Positions 7,131 through 17,053 of a DNA stretch of 64,000 nucleotides are shown in pieces. Below the pieces are notes generated by a model. That model did not search any database. It saw nothing but the letters and a program-made list of their open reading frames with translations, and was not told the DNA's origin. Origin of the DNA: Vicinamibacteria bacterium (lineage in GTDB: Bacteria > Acidobacteriota > Vicinamibacteria > Marinacidobacterales > Marinacidobacteraceae); assembly GCA_963555995.3 (NCBI GenBank), contig OY821641.1, positions 3,552,001-3,616,000 on the forward strand, given 5' to 3'. How positions within the stretch are numbered: position 1 is the first letter of the stretch; every line of letters begins with the position of its first letter. The translations under genes were made by a program, and so were the position numbers.

Positions 7131-9452
7131 TTAGTCGTCTGATCCGCCGGACTGCATGGCCCGCCAGACCTTTTCGGGTGTGAGGGGGGTATCGAGGTGC
7201 TCCACCCCGAACGGGCGGAGCGCATCCATCACCGCGTTGCAGACGGCGGGGGTGGAGCCGATGGTGGCGGCCTCGCCGATGCCCTTCACGCCGAGGGGGT
7301 TGACCGGGGTCGGGGTGACGGTGCGGTGGAGGTCGTACTTCGGCAGCATGTCGGCCTTGGGCACGGCGTATTCGAGGAGCGTCGGGGTCAGGAGGTTCCC
7401 GTCCGCGTCATAGACGGCGTCCTCGTAGAGCGCCTGGGCGATGCCCTGCGCGAGCCCGCCGTGCACCTGCCCCTCGGCGAGCAGCGGATTGATGACCTTG
7501 CCGCAATCGTCCACCGAGATGTAGCGAACGATCTCGACGGCGCCGGTGTCGGGATCGATCTCGACGGCGCAGAGGTGGGTCCCGAAGGGGAAGGTCTCGC
7601 CGGGCGGCTTGAAGTCCACGTCGGCGGTCAACTCGGCCGCGCTTCCCTCGGGAGCTTCGGTGGAATACGCGAACGCCGCGATCTCGGACCACCCCACCGC
7701 CCGCGCCGGTGAGCCGGCGACGAAGAACCGGCCGTCCTCGAAGCGGATGTCCTCGGTTGCCGCCTCGAGGAGCCGGGCGGCGAGCGCCTTCGCCCGCTCG
7801 CGCACCGTTTCGGCGTTGTTGAAGATCGCCGCTCCTCCCACCGGGGCGCTCCGGCTGCCGAAGGTGCCGATTCCGCGGGGGCATTCGTCGGTGTCGCCGT
7901 GGAGCACGGTGACGTCGTCCAGCGAGACCCCGAGCTGGTCGGCGGCGATCTGCGCCCACGCCGTCTCGTGCCCCTGCCCGTGCGGCGAGGTCCCGCTCCG
8001 CACGGTGACCGCTCCATCCGGCTCGACCGTGACGCCGCCGGCCTCCCACGGCCCGAAACCGCAGATCTCCACGTAGCAGGCGAGTCCGATGCCGAGCGGC
8101 TTCCCGCCCTCGGCGCGCCGCCGGGTCTGCTCGGCGCGGAGCCCGGCGTAGTCGCCGGCTTCGAGCGCCTTGTCGAGCGCCTTCTCGTACTCGCCGCTGT
8201 CGTAGGTGAGGCCGGTCGCCGTCCGGTAGGGGAACTTGTGCGGCGGGATCAGGTTCCGGCGGCGAATCTCCGCCGGGTCCATCCCGAGCCGCCCGGCGAG
8301 CACGTCGAGCGCCCGCTCGATCAGGTAGGTGGCCTCCGGGCGGCCGGAGCCGCGGTAGGGCTCGTTCGGCGCCGTGTTCGTGAACGCGCCGACCGCGTGG
8401 GCGTGGGCGGTGGCCACGTCGTACGGCCCCACGATCATCGCCCCGGTGAGCGACGGCGTGGTGGGCCCGGGCCGGCTGAAGTAGGCGCCCGAGTCGTAGA
8501 GGACGTCCACGTCGCAGTGGCGCACCCGCCCGTCCCGTTCGGCCGCGACGTCCAGCGTCACGAACAGGTTGCGGCCGTGTGTCGTGGTCTGGAAGTCCTC
8601 GGTGCGGGTCGCGAACCAGCGGACCGGCCGGCCGAGTTTCAGCGCCAGCCAGGGGACGAGCACTTCCTCGGCGTAGAGGTTCGCCTTGGCGCCGAACCCG
8701 CCGCCGACCTCGGGCGCAATGGTCCGCAGCCGCTCCTCGGGGATCCCCAGGATGCGCGCCACACTCGACTTGACGCGGTGCGCGGACTGGGTGGAGGTCC
8801 ACATCGTGATCCGGTCGCCGTCCACCCGCGCCGCGACCGCGCGCGGTTCCATCGCGCTCGGGATCAGCCGCTGGATCCGGAAATCGAGCGAGACCTCGAC
8901 CTCGCCCGACGCCGCCTCGGGCGCGCCTTCGGGATGGAGTTCCCAGACGAAGGCCCGGTTTCCCTCGGCCTCGTCGTAGAGCGGCTCTGCGCCTTCGGCC
9001 CGCGCCGCGCGGGAATCGCCGGCGCCGGGAAGGTCCCGGTAGTCCACGTCCACCAGCGCGGCGGCATCGGCCGCCTGCGCGGCCGTCTCCGCCACCACCG
9101 CCACGACCGGATCGCCGACGGTGAGCACCTTCTTGTCGGCGAGCGCCCAGCGCGCGGGGATGTGCAGCTCGGTGAACGCGCCGCCGTCCGGGGCCTTCGC
9201 CACCGGGAAGGGCCGCTTCAGCGTCGGGAGGATGTCCGCCGCGGTGAACACCCCGGCGACGCCCGGTGCGGCGGCGGCTTCCTCCGTCTCGATGGAGACG
9301 ATCTCGGCGTGGGGATAGGGGCTCCGCACCACCGCGAGATGGAGGGCGCCGGGCAGCGGGATGTCCGGCGTGTAGAGCGCCTGGCCGGTGACCAGGCGGG
9401 GATCCTCCCGCCTCCGGACCCGCTCGCCGATGGTCTGGGTTCTGATCGCCAA
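7131..9452 (-). CDS. Xanthine dehydrogenase-family molybdopterin-binding subunit (CoxL/CutL-like, not form I)
   Basis: RREDPRLVTG, GGGFGAK, PYRGSGRPE, HGQGHET, GTFGSRS, GQVHGG and KGIGEA. TTG start inferred. Confidence 0.92.
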   Translation of the reverse strand: MAIRTQTIGERVRRREDPRLVTGQALYTPDIPLPGALHLAVVRSPYPHAEIVSIETEEAAAAPGVAGVFTAADILPTLKRPFPVAKAPDGGAFTELHIPARWALADKKVLTVGDPVVAVVAETAAQAADAAALVDVDYRDLPGAGDSRAARAEGAEPLYDEAEGNRAFVWELHPEGAPEAASGEVEVSLDFRIQRLIPSAMEPRAVAARVDGDRITMWTSTQSAHRVKSSVARILGIPEERLRTIAPEVGGGFGAKANLYAEEVLVPWLALKLGRPVRWFATRTEDFQTTTHGRNLFVTLDVAAERDGRVRHCDVDVLYDSGAYFSRPGPTTPSLTGAMIVGPYDVATAHAHAVGAFTNTAPNEPYRGSGRPEATYLIERALDVLAGRLGMDPAEIRRRNLIPPHKFPYRTATGLTYDSGEYEKALDKALEAGDYAGLRAEQTRRRAEGGKPLGIGLACYVEICGFGPWEAGGVTVEPDGAVTVRSGTSPHGQGHETAWAQIAADQLGVSLDDVTVLHGDTDECPRGIGTFGSRSAPVGGAAIFNNAETVRERAKALAARLLEAATEDIRFEDGRFFVAGSPARAVGWSEIAAFAYSTEAPEGSAAELTADVDFKPPGETFPFGTHLCAVEIDPDTGAVEIVRYISVDDCGKVINPLLAEGQVHGGLAQGIAQALYEDAVYDADGNLLTPTLLEYAVPKADMLPKYDLHRTVTPTPVNPLGVKGIGEAATIGSTPAVCNAVMDALRPFGVEHLDTPLTPEKVWRAMQSGGSDD

Positions 9453-9568
9453 TGTCGTTCGTCGTCCGAGGGGGGCCGATTCTAGCGACCGATTTCGGCG
9501 GGGCGACGTAATAGGGTGCGCCGTCCGCGCGTATTCGTCAGCACGGCCCGGTTTCCCGAAGCACCCGT

Positions 9569-10492
9569 ATGCCCTCCGAACCCCCATCCCCGGCGGCGCT
9601 CGCGGGGCTCTCCGGCGTCAGCCACCGCTACGGCGACGTCCTGGCGCTCGACCGGCTCGATCTGGAGGTCCGGCAGGGCGAGGTGCTCGCGGTGCTCGGA
9701 CCGAACGGGGCCGGCAAGACCACCGCGGTCAGCCTGCTGCTCGGGACGCTCACCTTGCAGTCCGGAACTGCCCGGGTCTTCGGGAGCGCTCCGGACGCCG
9801 CGAATGTCCGCCTCCGGCGGGGCGCCATGCTGCAGGTCTCGGGCGTCCCCGAGACGCTCACCGTCGCTGAGCACCTGGCGCTCTTCCGCGCCTACTACCC
9901 GTCGCCACTGCCGACCGCGCGCCTCCTGGAGATGGCCGGGCTTCGGGAGCTCCGCGACCGGCGGTTCGGCAAGCTCTCGGGCGGCCAGAAGCAGCGGGTG
10001 ATGTTCGCGCTGGCGCTCGCCGGCGACCCGGAGCTGGTGTTCCTGGACGAGCCGACCGCGGGGTTGGATCTCGACGGACGCCGCCGCCTCTGGGACGAGA
10101 TCCGCGCCCTCAAGGCGGCGGGACGCACCGCCGTGCTCACCACCCACTACCTCGAGGAGGCGGACGCGCTCGCCGACCGGATCGCGGTGATCCACCGGGG
10201 CCGGCTGATCGCCGAGGGAAGCCCGGAGGACATCAAGTCCCGCACCGCCGGGCGCGTGGTTCGCTGCGTCACGACGATTACCCCCGAAACGGCGCGGTCC
10301 TTCCCGGAAGCCGCCGGGGTGGAGACGAAGGGGCAGCATCTGGAGGTCGTGACCGCGGAACCGGAAGCGGTGCTCCGCAGGATGTTCGCGCTCGACCCGG
10401 AACTCGGCGACCTGACGGTGGTCGGCGTCGGGCTCGAGGAGGCGTTCCTTGCGCTGACCGGCGACGGCGCCGGGTCGGACGGGGAGGCGTAG
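9569..10492 (+). CDS. ABC transporter ATP-binding protein
   Basis: GPNGAGKT, LSGGQ, FLDEPT and TTHY. Confidence 0.95.
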   Translation: MPSEPPSPAALAGLSGVSHRYGDVLALDRLDLEVRQGEVLAVLGPNGAGKTTAVSLLLGTLTLQSGTARVFGSAPDAANVRLRRGAMLQVSGVPETLTVAEHLALFRAYYPSPLPTARLLEMAGLRELRDRRFGKLSGGQKQRVMFALALAGDPELVFLDEPTAGLDLDGRRRLWDEIRALKAAGRTAVLTTHYLEEADALADRIAVIHRGRLIAEGSPEDIKSRTAGRVVRCVTTITPETARSFPEAAGVETKGQHLEVVTAEPEAVLRRMFALDPELGDLTVVGVGLEEAFLALTGDGAGSDGEA

Positions 10493-11272
10493 GTGACAGC
10501 CAACACCGCGCGCCGCGGCCTCCTCTGGCACCTCCGGATCGCCCTGCTGGAGACGCGGTTCCAGTTCCTGAGCTCGCTGCGGCTGCCGGCGTTCGCCGTC
10601 CCGACGCTGCTCTTCCCGGTGTTCTTCTACCTGTTCTTCGCCGTGGTGTTCCAACCCGGGGGGCCGTCGCTCGTGGCGCCGACCTACATGCTCGCCACCT
10701 ACGGCGTGTTCGGCGTCCTGGGTCCGTCCATCTTCGGCTTCGGGGTGGGGCTCGCCGAGGAACGCGACACCGGCGCGCTCCTGCTGAAGCGGACGACCCC
10801 CATGCCGGCCGGCGCCTTCCTGTTCGCGCGCGTCGGCACGGCAGCGATCTTCGGGGCCGTGGTCGTCGCGGTGTTGTTCCTGCTCGCGGGATTCGCCGCC
10901 GGCGTCGAACTCCATCGCTCGCAGTGGTTCTCCCTCGCCGGCATCATCCTCGCCGCCGTCCTGCCGTTCAGCGCCATCGGTCTCGCGATCGGGGCGTGGG
11001 CGAAGCAGCAGGCGGCGGTGGCGGTCGTGAACCTGGTGTTCATCGGCATGTCCCTCATCTCGGGACTCTGGGTGCCGATCTACATGCTCCCGAACGTCAT
11101 GCAGGACATCGCCATCGTCTTTCCGACGTTCCACCTCGGCCAACTGGCGCTCAAGGTGATTGACCTCGATCTGGGTGGGTCCGTGTGGCTCCACCTCGTG
11201 CTCCTCGGCGTGCAGACCGCAGTCTGCCTGGCGGTAGCGGCAGCGGGCTTCCGGCGGTTCTCGGGGCGGTAG
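10493..11272 (+). CDS. ABC-2 type exporter permease
   Basis: About six hydrophobic segments, EERDTG loop and SGLWVP. Coupled to the ATPase gene. Confidence 0.9.
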   Translation: MTANTARRGLLWHLRIALLETRFQFLSSLRLPAFAVPTLLFPVFFYLFFAVVFQPGGPSLVAPTYMLATYGVFGVLGPSIFGFGVGLAEERDTGALLLKRTTPMPAGAFLFARVGTAAIFGAVVVAVLFLLAGFAAGVELHRSQWFSLAGIILAAVLPFSAIGLAIGAWAKQQAAVAVVNLVFIGMSLISGLWVPIYMLPNVMQDIAIVFPTFHLGQLALKVIDLDLGGSVWLHLVLLGVQTAVCLAVAAAGFRRFSGR

Positions 11273-11276
11273 GAAC

Positions 11277-12590
11277 ATGGCCTCTCCCGAGCGCCCGATC
11301 TGGCGGCGCGACCCGCTGATCGCCGCGGTGGCCGCCGCCGCGTTCGTCGGCCTGCTCATGACGCTTCCGGCGCCCGACCCGGCCGACCCGCCCGGGGGGC
11401 CCCTGCCGGAGACGGATTTCGCGGTGGTGGACGTCACCGTGTTCGACGGGGAGGAGTTCCGGCCGCATCGGGACGTCTGGGTCGAGGACGGCCGCATCCG
11501 CGCGGTCGGGCAGCGGCTTGCGCTGCCGGACGGCCTGCCCCGGGTGGACGGCCGCGGCCACACCCTGCTGCCCGGGCTGATGGATGCCCACACCCACACC
11601 TTCGGGTTGGCGCTGACCGACGCGCTGCGGTTCGGAGTGACCACGGTGTTCGATCAGTTCACGTCGCCATCCGTCCTGGCGCAGAAGCGCGCGGCCCGTG
11701 ACGACCTCTCCCGGAGCAACGAGGCCGATCTCTTCTCCGCGGGCAACGTGGCGACGGCTCCCGGGGGCCATGGAACCCAGTTCGGGGTGCCGGTGGAGAC
11801 GCTGACCTCGCCCGGGGAGGCGCCGGCGTTCGTCCGGGAACGGAAAGAAGAAGGCTCCGACTGGATCAAGATCATCTGGGAGGACGGCGGCACCTTCGGC
11901 GCGGACATCCCGACGCTCGACCGCGCGACGATCGCCGCGGTCATCGAGGCCGCTCACGCCGAGGAGCTGCTCGCGGTCATTCACATCAGCACGCTCGAGC
12001 ACGGGCTCGCCGCACTCGACATGGGCATCAACGGGCTCGTTCACGTCTGGGGCGACGAAGTGATCTCCGAAGCGGATGCGGCCCGCTTCGCCGAGGCCGG
12101 GGTGTTCGTGATCCCGACGCTCTCGGTCCGGGTCGCGGCGGCGGGCGAGTCCATGGGGCCGGACCTGCTTGCGGCGACCCGGCCGGAGGACGTGTCGGAC
12201 ATGCAGCGCCAGACGCTCGCCCAGACGTTTCCCCGGCCGGTCGGGACCAGCGAGGCGTCGATCGAGAGCGTCCGCCGCCTGCACGCCGCCGGGGTGCGGA
12301 TCCTCGCCGGGACGGACGCTCCGAACCCCGGGACCGGCTTCGGGATCTCGATGCACGGCGAACTGCGGCTGCTGGAGCGGGCCGGGCTGAGCCCGGCCGA
12401 GGCGCTGGCCGCCGCGACCGCGCATCCTCCCGACGCCTTCGGAATCGAGGACCGGGGGCGGCTCCAGCGGGGCCGGATCGCCGACCTGCTGCTCGTGGCT
12501 GGCGATCTCGAAAGCGACCTGAGCCGGAGCGCGGCCATCGCGGGGGTGTGGAAGGACGGGTTCCCGGTGGAGGCGGCATGGGCTCGATGA
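11277..12590 (+). CDS. Amidohydrolase family protein
   Basis: LLPGLMDAHTH, GGHG, ILAGTDA and GRIADLLLV. Confidence 0.88.
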   Translation: MASPERPIWRRDPLIAAVAAAAFVGLLMTLPAPDPADPPGGPLPETDFAVVDVTVFDGEEFRPHRDVWVEDGRIRAVGQRLALPDGLPRVDGRGHTLLPGLMDAHTHTFGLALTDALRFGVTTVFDQFTSPSVLAQKRAARDDLSRSNEADLFSAGNVATAPGGHGTQFGVPVETLTSPGEAPAFVRERKEEGSDWIKIIWEDGGTFGADIPTLDRATIAAVIEAAHAEELLAVIHISTLEHGLAALDMGINGLVHVWGDEVISEADAARFAEAGVFVIPTLSVRVAAAGESMGPDLLAATRPEDVSDMQRQTLAQTFPRPVGTSEASIESVRRLHAAGVRILAGTDAPNPGTGFGISMHGELRLLERAGLSPAEALAAATAHPPDAFGIEDRGRLQRGRIADLLLVAGDLESDLSRSAAIAGVWKDGFPVEAAWAR

Positions 12591-13327
12591 AGACTCGATT
12601 CGTTCGGATCGCGGTGTTGGCGACGTCGGCCGCGGTTGCCGGGTCCGCCCAGGATGTTCCCCATGCCTCGCTGCTGGCCATCGAGAGGGCCTACTACGCG
12701 GGCGAGATGGCCGCCGCCCGAGAAGCGCTCGAAGCGTTGGGCGAGGCCGACGACGTGACCCGCGCCTGGGCGCTCTGGCGGGTCGCCGCCATGCATCGGG
12801 TCCGCGGGGTCAGCCGTCAGGTGAAGCGGCGGCGCGAGCCGATCCGGAAGGAACTGCTGGAGGAGGCCGAAGCCCTGATGAAGGCGCGGATCGAGGCCGA
12901 CCCGAACGACGCCGCCGCGCACCTCGTCCTGTCGCAGGTCTACCAGGCGCGGATTACCGGGATGATGTCCGGGATGCGCTTCGGCCGGAGGGCCGGAGAG
13001 ACGCTGGACCGCGCGCTCGAGCTGGCGCCCGACGATCCGCGACCGCTCTACCTGAAGGGGGTCAACCAGCTCATGGCGCCGGGCCCGTTCGGCAACAAGG
13101 AACAAGCGCGGCGCAACCTGGAGGCGGCGGTGGCGCGCTTCGCCGAGAGTGCGCCCGAGGGAGTCTTCTGGTGGGGCGAGCCGGAGGCGCACGCCTTCCT
13201 CGGTCTGTCGTACGCGCGGGAAAAAGAGCACGAGCAGGCCCGCGCGGCGTACGAGCGGGCGCTGGAGCTGGAGCCCGGATTCGACTGGGTCCGCGAGCGG
13301 TTGCTCCCCGACCTGGAGAGCCCGTAG
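12587..13327 (+). CDS. Secreted tetratricopeptide-repeat protein
   Basis: Signal peptide MKTRFVRIAVLA and TPR ends (RALELAPDD, YERALELEPG). ATGA overlap with the upstream gene. Confidence 0.75.
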   Translation: MKTRFVRIAVLATSAAVAGSAQDVPHASLLAIERAYYAGEMAAAREALEALGEADDVTRAWALWRVAAMHRVRGVSRQVKRRREPIRKELLEEAEALMKARIEADPNDAAAHLVLSQVYQARITGMMSGMRFGRRAGETLDRALELAPDDPRPLYLKGVNQLMAPGPFGNKEQARRNLEAAVARFAESAPEGVFWWGEPEAHAFLGLSYAREKEHEQARAAYERALELEPGFDWVRERLLPDLESP

Positions 13328-13347
13328 GGACGAAGGCGCGCCGACCG

Positions 13348-13412
13348 GGACGCCAGCCTTCAGACCGGCTCGGTGACGCACCGGCTTGGAACGCCGGTCT
13401 CCAGACCGGCAC
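13348..13412 (+). repeat. REP-like palindromes (one degenerate, one intact)
   Basis: Intact copy at 13386-13412. Confidence 0.8.
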
Positions 13413-13560
13413 GCGCGGTGCTCCGCACCGCGCACGTCGCAGCGCCAATCGCCCTCATGGCGCCGACGCCTTGGAACACCGGACCGTCCAGTGCGACATG
13501 TAGCCGCCGAGAAAACTCCCCCGTGGGTCTGGTAGTTTCGGCCCCCCCGGAGGCCCCCGC

Positions 13561-15252
13561 ATGAAACTCCGCACGTCCCGCAGAACCTTCCTCGGAACCA
13601 CCGCCGCCGGCATCGCCGGAGCGGCGCTCCCCGCCTCCCGCGCCGCCGCCGCGCCCGACACCGCCGAACGCCAGCGCCTCATCGAGCTCGCCCACTTCGG
13701 GCAGAAGGCTCCCGCCGAGGGCGCCGGCGGGATGGCGATCACCTCGCATCCGCTCGCCACCCGCGCCGCCACCGATGTCCTGAAGCGCGGCGGGAACGCC
13801 TGCGACGCGGCGCTCGCCGCCTCGATCACCCAGACCGTGGTCGAGCCGCACATGACCACCATCACCGGCTGCCTGTCCCAACTGTATTTCGACCAGGCGA
13901 CCGGCGAGACCACCTACGTGAACGGCAACGTGAACGCGCCGCTTGCGCCGCTCCCCGGCTACGGCCGCCATGACCTGGCCGGCGGGCGCGGGGTCGCGGT
14001 GCCGGGCTGGTGGGGCGGCTTCGAAGCGGCCCACGACCGCCACGGCTCGCTTTCGCGGAAGGACCTGATGGCGGACGCGATCGCCTACGCCCGGGACGGG
14101 TTCGAGATGCACCCGTTCCTCTGGGGCGAGGTCTTCATCCAGTCCGACAAGATCGGCAAGACCGCCGCCGGGCGCGAGATCTTCTTCGACGGGAACGCCA
14201 TCCCCCGCCCGGGCGCGACGCTCTACCAGAAGGAGGCCGCGGACACGCTGGAGCGGCTCGCCGAGGAGGGGAACGACTACTTCTACCGCGGCGACTTCGC
14301 CAACGAGGTCTGCGAGGTGGTACAGGCCCACGGCGGCGTCCTCACCCCCGAGGACTTCGAGCGCTGGGAGCCGCGCTGGCAGGAACCGGCGTGGGGGTCC
14401 TACCGGGATCTCCGGATCGCCGGCTCACCCCCGCCCGACAACGGCGGCACCCACATCATCGAGATGCTCCACATGCTGGAGTTCCTCGACCTCGAGGGGC
14501 TCGGGCCGCCGACCGAATCGGCCGAGAGCCTGCTGCAGATGGTCCGGATCAGCCACCTCGTCTATACCGAGGGCGGCCGGCAGAACGACCCCGAGAGCCA
14601 CCCGCTGCCGCTCGAGACGATCCTCTCCAAGGACTACGCCAAGATGCGGCTCGACCTGCTCCAGATGGGGCACCCGGTCGCCGACGCTTCCGAGCCGCCC
14701 CCGCCCGCGGGCAGCAACCACGTGACGGTGGTGGACGCCGCCGGGAATGTCTCGACGATCCTCCACTCGTGCATGTCCTACCCGTGGAGCAACGGCCTCT
14801 TCGCCGGCGGGGTGAGCATCTGCGCGGCGGGCGCCCACTTCTTCCGGGTCATGCCGAAGCCCGGCCACCGGATCTCGGCATACGTCGCGCCGAACATCAT
14901 CTTCCGGGGCAACCGGCCGGTCATGGCCTCTGGTTCGCCGAGCGTCAGCCTGCTCCAGAACGTCCTGCAGAACAGCCTCAACGTGCTGCAGTTCGGGGCG
15001 CCCATCGGGGACTCGGTGAACCGGCCGCGGTTCGGCGGCCCCTCGCTGACCGTGCCGGGCGCGGTGCTGATCGAGGCGGACTTCCCCGAGAAGATCCGGG
15101 AGAACGCCGCCACGCGCGGCATCAACTTCGACGTGGTGAACCCCTGGAACTGGCACCACGGCTCCTTCGAGGGCATCCACATCGCCGACGACGGAGTCCG
15201 ACGCGCCTGCGGCGACCCCCGCCGCTGCAGCATGGCGGAGGCGACAGCATGA
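13561..15252 (+). CDS. Gamma-glutamyltransferase family protein, Tat-exported, divergent active site
   Basis: SRRTFL Tat motif, GGNACDAALA, VAVPG, SNHVTVVD and GDPRR. Confidence 0.88.
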   Translation: MKLRTSRRTFLGTTAAGIAGAALPASRAAAAPDTAERQRLIELAHFGQKAPAEGAGGMAITSHPLATRAATDVLKRGGNACDAALAASITQTVVEPHMTTITGCLSQLYFDQATGETTYVNGNVNAPLAPLPGYGRHDLAGGRGVAVPGWWGGFEAAHDRHGSLSRKDLMADAIAYARDGFEMHPFLWGEVFIQSDKIGKTAAGREIFFDGNAIPRPGATLYQKEAADTLERLAEEGNDYFYRGDFANEVCEVVQAHGGVLTPEDFERWEPRWQEPAWGSYRDLRIAGSPPPDNGGTHIIEMLHMLEFLDLEGLGPPTESAESLLQMVRISHLVYTEGGRQNDPESHPLPLETILSKDYAKMRLDLLQMGHPVADASEPPPPAGSNHVTVVDAAGNVSTILHSCMSYPWSNGLFAGGVSICAAGAHFFRVMPKPGHRISAYVAPNIIFRGNRPVMASGSPSVSLLQNVLQNSLNVLQFGAPIGDSVNRPRFGGPSLTVPGAVLIEADFPEKIRENAATRGINFDVVNPWNWHHGSFEGIHIADDGVRRACGDPRRCSMAEATA

Positions 15253-15268
15253 CCCGTTCGGCACGAAA

Positions 15269-15384
15269 GGGAGCGCCGCCAGTCCTCCCGGTGGGGGCCT
15301 TCAGACCGGCACCGTCGCGAACGGGAGCGCCGGTCTTCAGACCGGCACCGCTGCGAATGGGAGCGCCGGTCTTCAGACCGGCAT
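15269..15384 (+). repeat. Tandem REP array with 36-bp period
   Basis: TTCAGACCGGCA recurs three times 36 bp apart. Intact copies start at 15323 and 15359. Confidence 0.85.
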
Positions 15385-15413
15385 CGTCCGCCAAAGGCGG
15401 ACGAAATCACGAC

Positions 15414-16664
15414 ATGACACGTCTTGTTTCGATACTCCTGGCGGGGCTCTTCCTGAGCACGGCCTCCGCCGCCCAGGACACCGTGCTCCGCTGCGGCGCC
15501 ATCTTCGACGGCGACGCCATGACCGCCGGCAGCGACATCGTGGTCCGCGACGGCCGGATCGTCACCGGACCCCCCGACTCCGGCGAGGTGATCAATCTCT
15601 CCGCATACACCTGCCTCCCCGGCCTCATTGACCTCCACGCCCACCTCACGATCAACCCGGAGACCCTGACCGCGCTCGACATGACCCGCTCCAGCGCGGC
15701 GCGGGCGCTCGACGCGCTGGCGAACGCCCAGAAGATGCTGAACGCCGGGTTCACTACGCTGCGGACGCCCGGCGAGTTCGACGGCTTCTACGGAACCGTG
15801 GATCTCAAGAACGCCATCAACCGCGGCCAGCACGCGGGGCCGCGCCTGCTCGTCGCGCCGCACGCCATCTCGGCGACCGGCGGGCACGGCGACTTCAACA
15901 ACCTGATGGCGGATCTCCACATTGAGACGCCCACCCGGATCGCCGACGGCCCGGACCAGCTCCGCCTCGAGATCCGCCGCGAGTTCAAGTACGGCGCCGA
16001 CTGGATCAAGCTGATGATGACCGGCGGGGTCATGTCGGCGGGCGACGACCCGAACGTCAGCACCTACACCGAGGAAGAGGTCCGCGCGGCGGTCGAGGAA
16101 GCGCACCGCCACAAGAAGAAGATCACCGTCCACGCCCACGGCGCGCCCGGGATCGTCACCGCGCTCCGCGCCGGGGTGGACTCGGTCGAGCACGCGACCC
16201 TCGTGGACGCGGAGGGCATCCGGCTCTTCAAGGAGCGCGGCGTCCCGATGGTCCCCACCCTCTACGTCATGAACTACATCCTCGAGGAGGGCGAGGCCAT
16301 CGGCTTCCCGCAGGAGAGCATCGAGAAGGCGCGTGCCCTCATCGGGGAGCGCGACCGCCGCATCGGCGCGGCCTTCGCGGCCGGCGCCCCGGTCGCCTTC
16401 GGCTCGGACACCATCTTCCCCCACGAGACCGCCGCCCGCGAGTTCGCGGTCATGGTGGGCATCGGCCTCAGCCCGACGGACGCCCTCCGGTCAGCCATGA
16501 CCGTCGCGGCGAAGACGCTCGGCCTCGAGGACGAGATCGGCCGAATCGCGGACGGCTACGCCGCCGACGTGATCGCGGTGGAGGGCAACCCCCTCGACAA
16601 CATCCGCGTCATGGAAGACGTCCGCTTCGTCATGCGCGCCGGCCGGGTGGTGAAGGCTCCGTAG
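15414..16664 (+). CDS. Secreted amidohydrolase (Xaa-Pro dipeptidase-like)
   Basis: Signal peptide, PGLIDLHAH, TGGHGD, GADWIK, HAHG, SVEHA and AFGSD. Confidence 0.9.
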   Translation: MTRLVSILLAGLFLSTASAAQDTVLRCGAIFDGDAMTAGSDIVVRDGRIVTGPPDSGEVINLSAYTCLPGLIDLHAHLTINPETLTALDMTRSSAARALDALANAQKMLNAGFTTLRTPGEFDGFYGTVDLKNAINRGQHAGPRLLVAPHAISATGGHGDFNNLMADLHIETPTRIADGPDQLRLEIRREFKYGADWIKLMMTGGVMSAGDDPNVSTYTEEEVRAAVEEAHRHKKKITVHAHGAPGIVTALRAGVDSVEHATLVDAEGIRLFKERGVPMVPTLYVMNYILEEGEAIGFPQESIEKARALIGERDRRIGAAFAAGAPVAFGSDTIFPHETAAREFAVMVGIGLSPTDALRSAMTVAAKTLGLEDEIGRIADGYAADVIAVEGNPLDNIRVMEDVRFVMRAGRVVKAP

Positions 16665-16668
16665 GGGA

Positions 16669-16694
16669 GGGAGCGCCGGTCTTCAGACCGGCAC
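16669..16694 (+). repeat. REP-like palindrome
   Basis: GGGAGCGCCGGTCTTCAGACCGGCAC. Confidence 0.85.
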
Positions 16695-16810
16695 CGCCCG
16701 CCGTAGGCGGGCGAGAGACTGATGCGGCCGGACCTTCGGCAGGTCTCCGCCCCTGCTGTGCTTCGGCGAAATACGTACGAGATGGAATCAATACGTATAG
16801 TGAGCGTCCG

Positions 16811-17053
16811 GTGGCCAGAATGAAGACGAAGACAAAGCTCACGATCACAGTGGACAGTGACCTGCTTACCCGAGCCAAACAGTACGCGCACGCTCGGGGT
16901 GTGTCCGTGTCTTCCCTGGTCGAGGCTGCGCTTCGAGAGGTCGCGGAGGCGGACACTCCCTCGTTCGCGTCCCGGTGGAGAGGCCAGTTCAAGCCGGCCG
17001 AGCGGGACGACACCCGCTATCGCGCACTCGCCGAAAAGTATCGGTCAGGATAA
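16811..17053 (+). CDS. Ribbon-helix-helix antitoxin-like protein (DUF6364-like)
   Basis: TKLTITVDSDLLTRAKQYAHARGVSVSSLVE. Paired ATACGTA boxes upstream at 16771 and 16791. The start may be ATG 16820. Confidence 0.75.
   Translation: MARMKTKTKLTITVDSDLLTRAKQYAHARGVSVSSLVEAALREVAEADTPSFASRWRGQFKPAERDDTRYRALAEKYRSG

Noticed and set aside
7131-9452. Aerobic CO dehydrogenase (form I coxL)
   Set aside because: Lacks the AYxCSFR motif and the coxM, coxS and accessory genes.
15269-15384. Possible CRISPR array (palindromic repeat recurring three times)
   Set aside because: Linkers are only ~10 bp and resemble each other, the repeat is the dispersed REP, and there are no cas genes.
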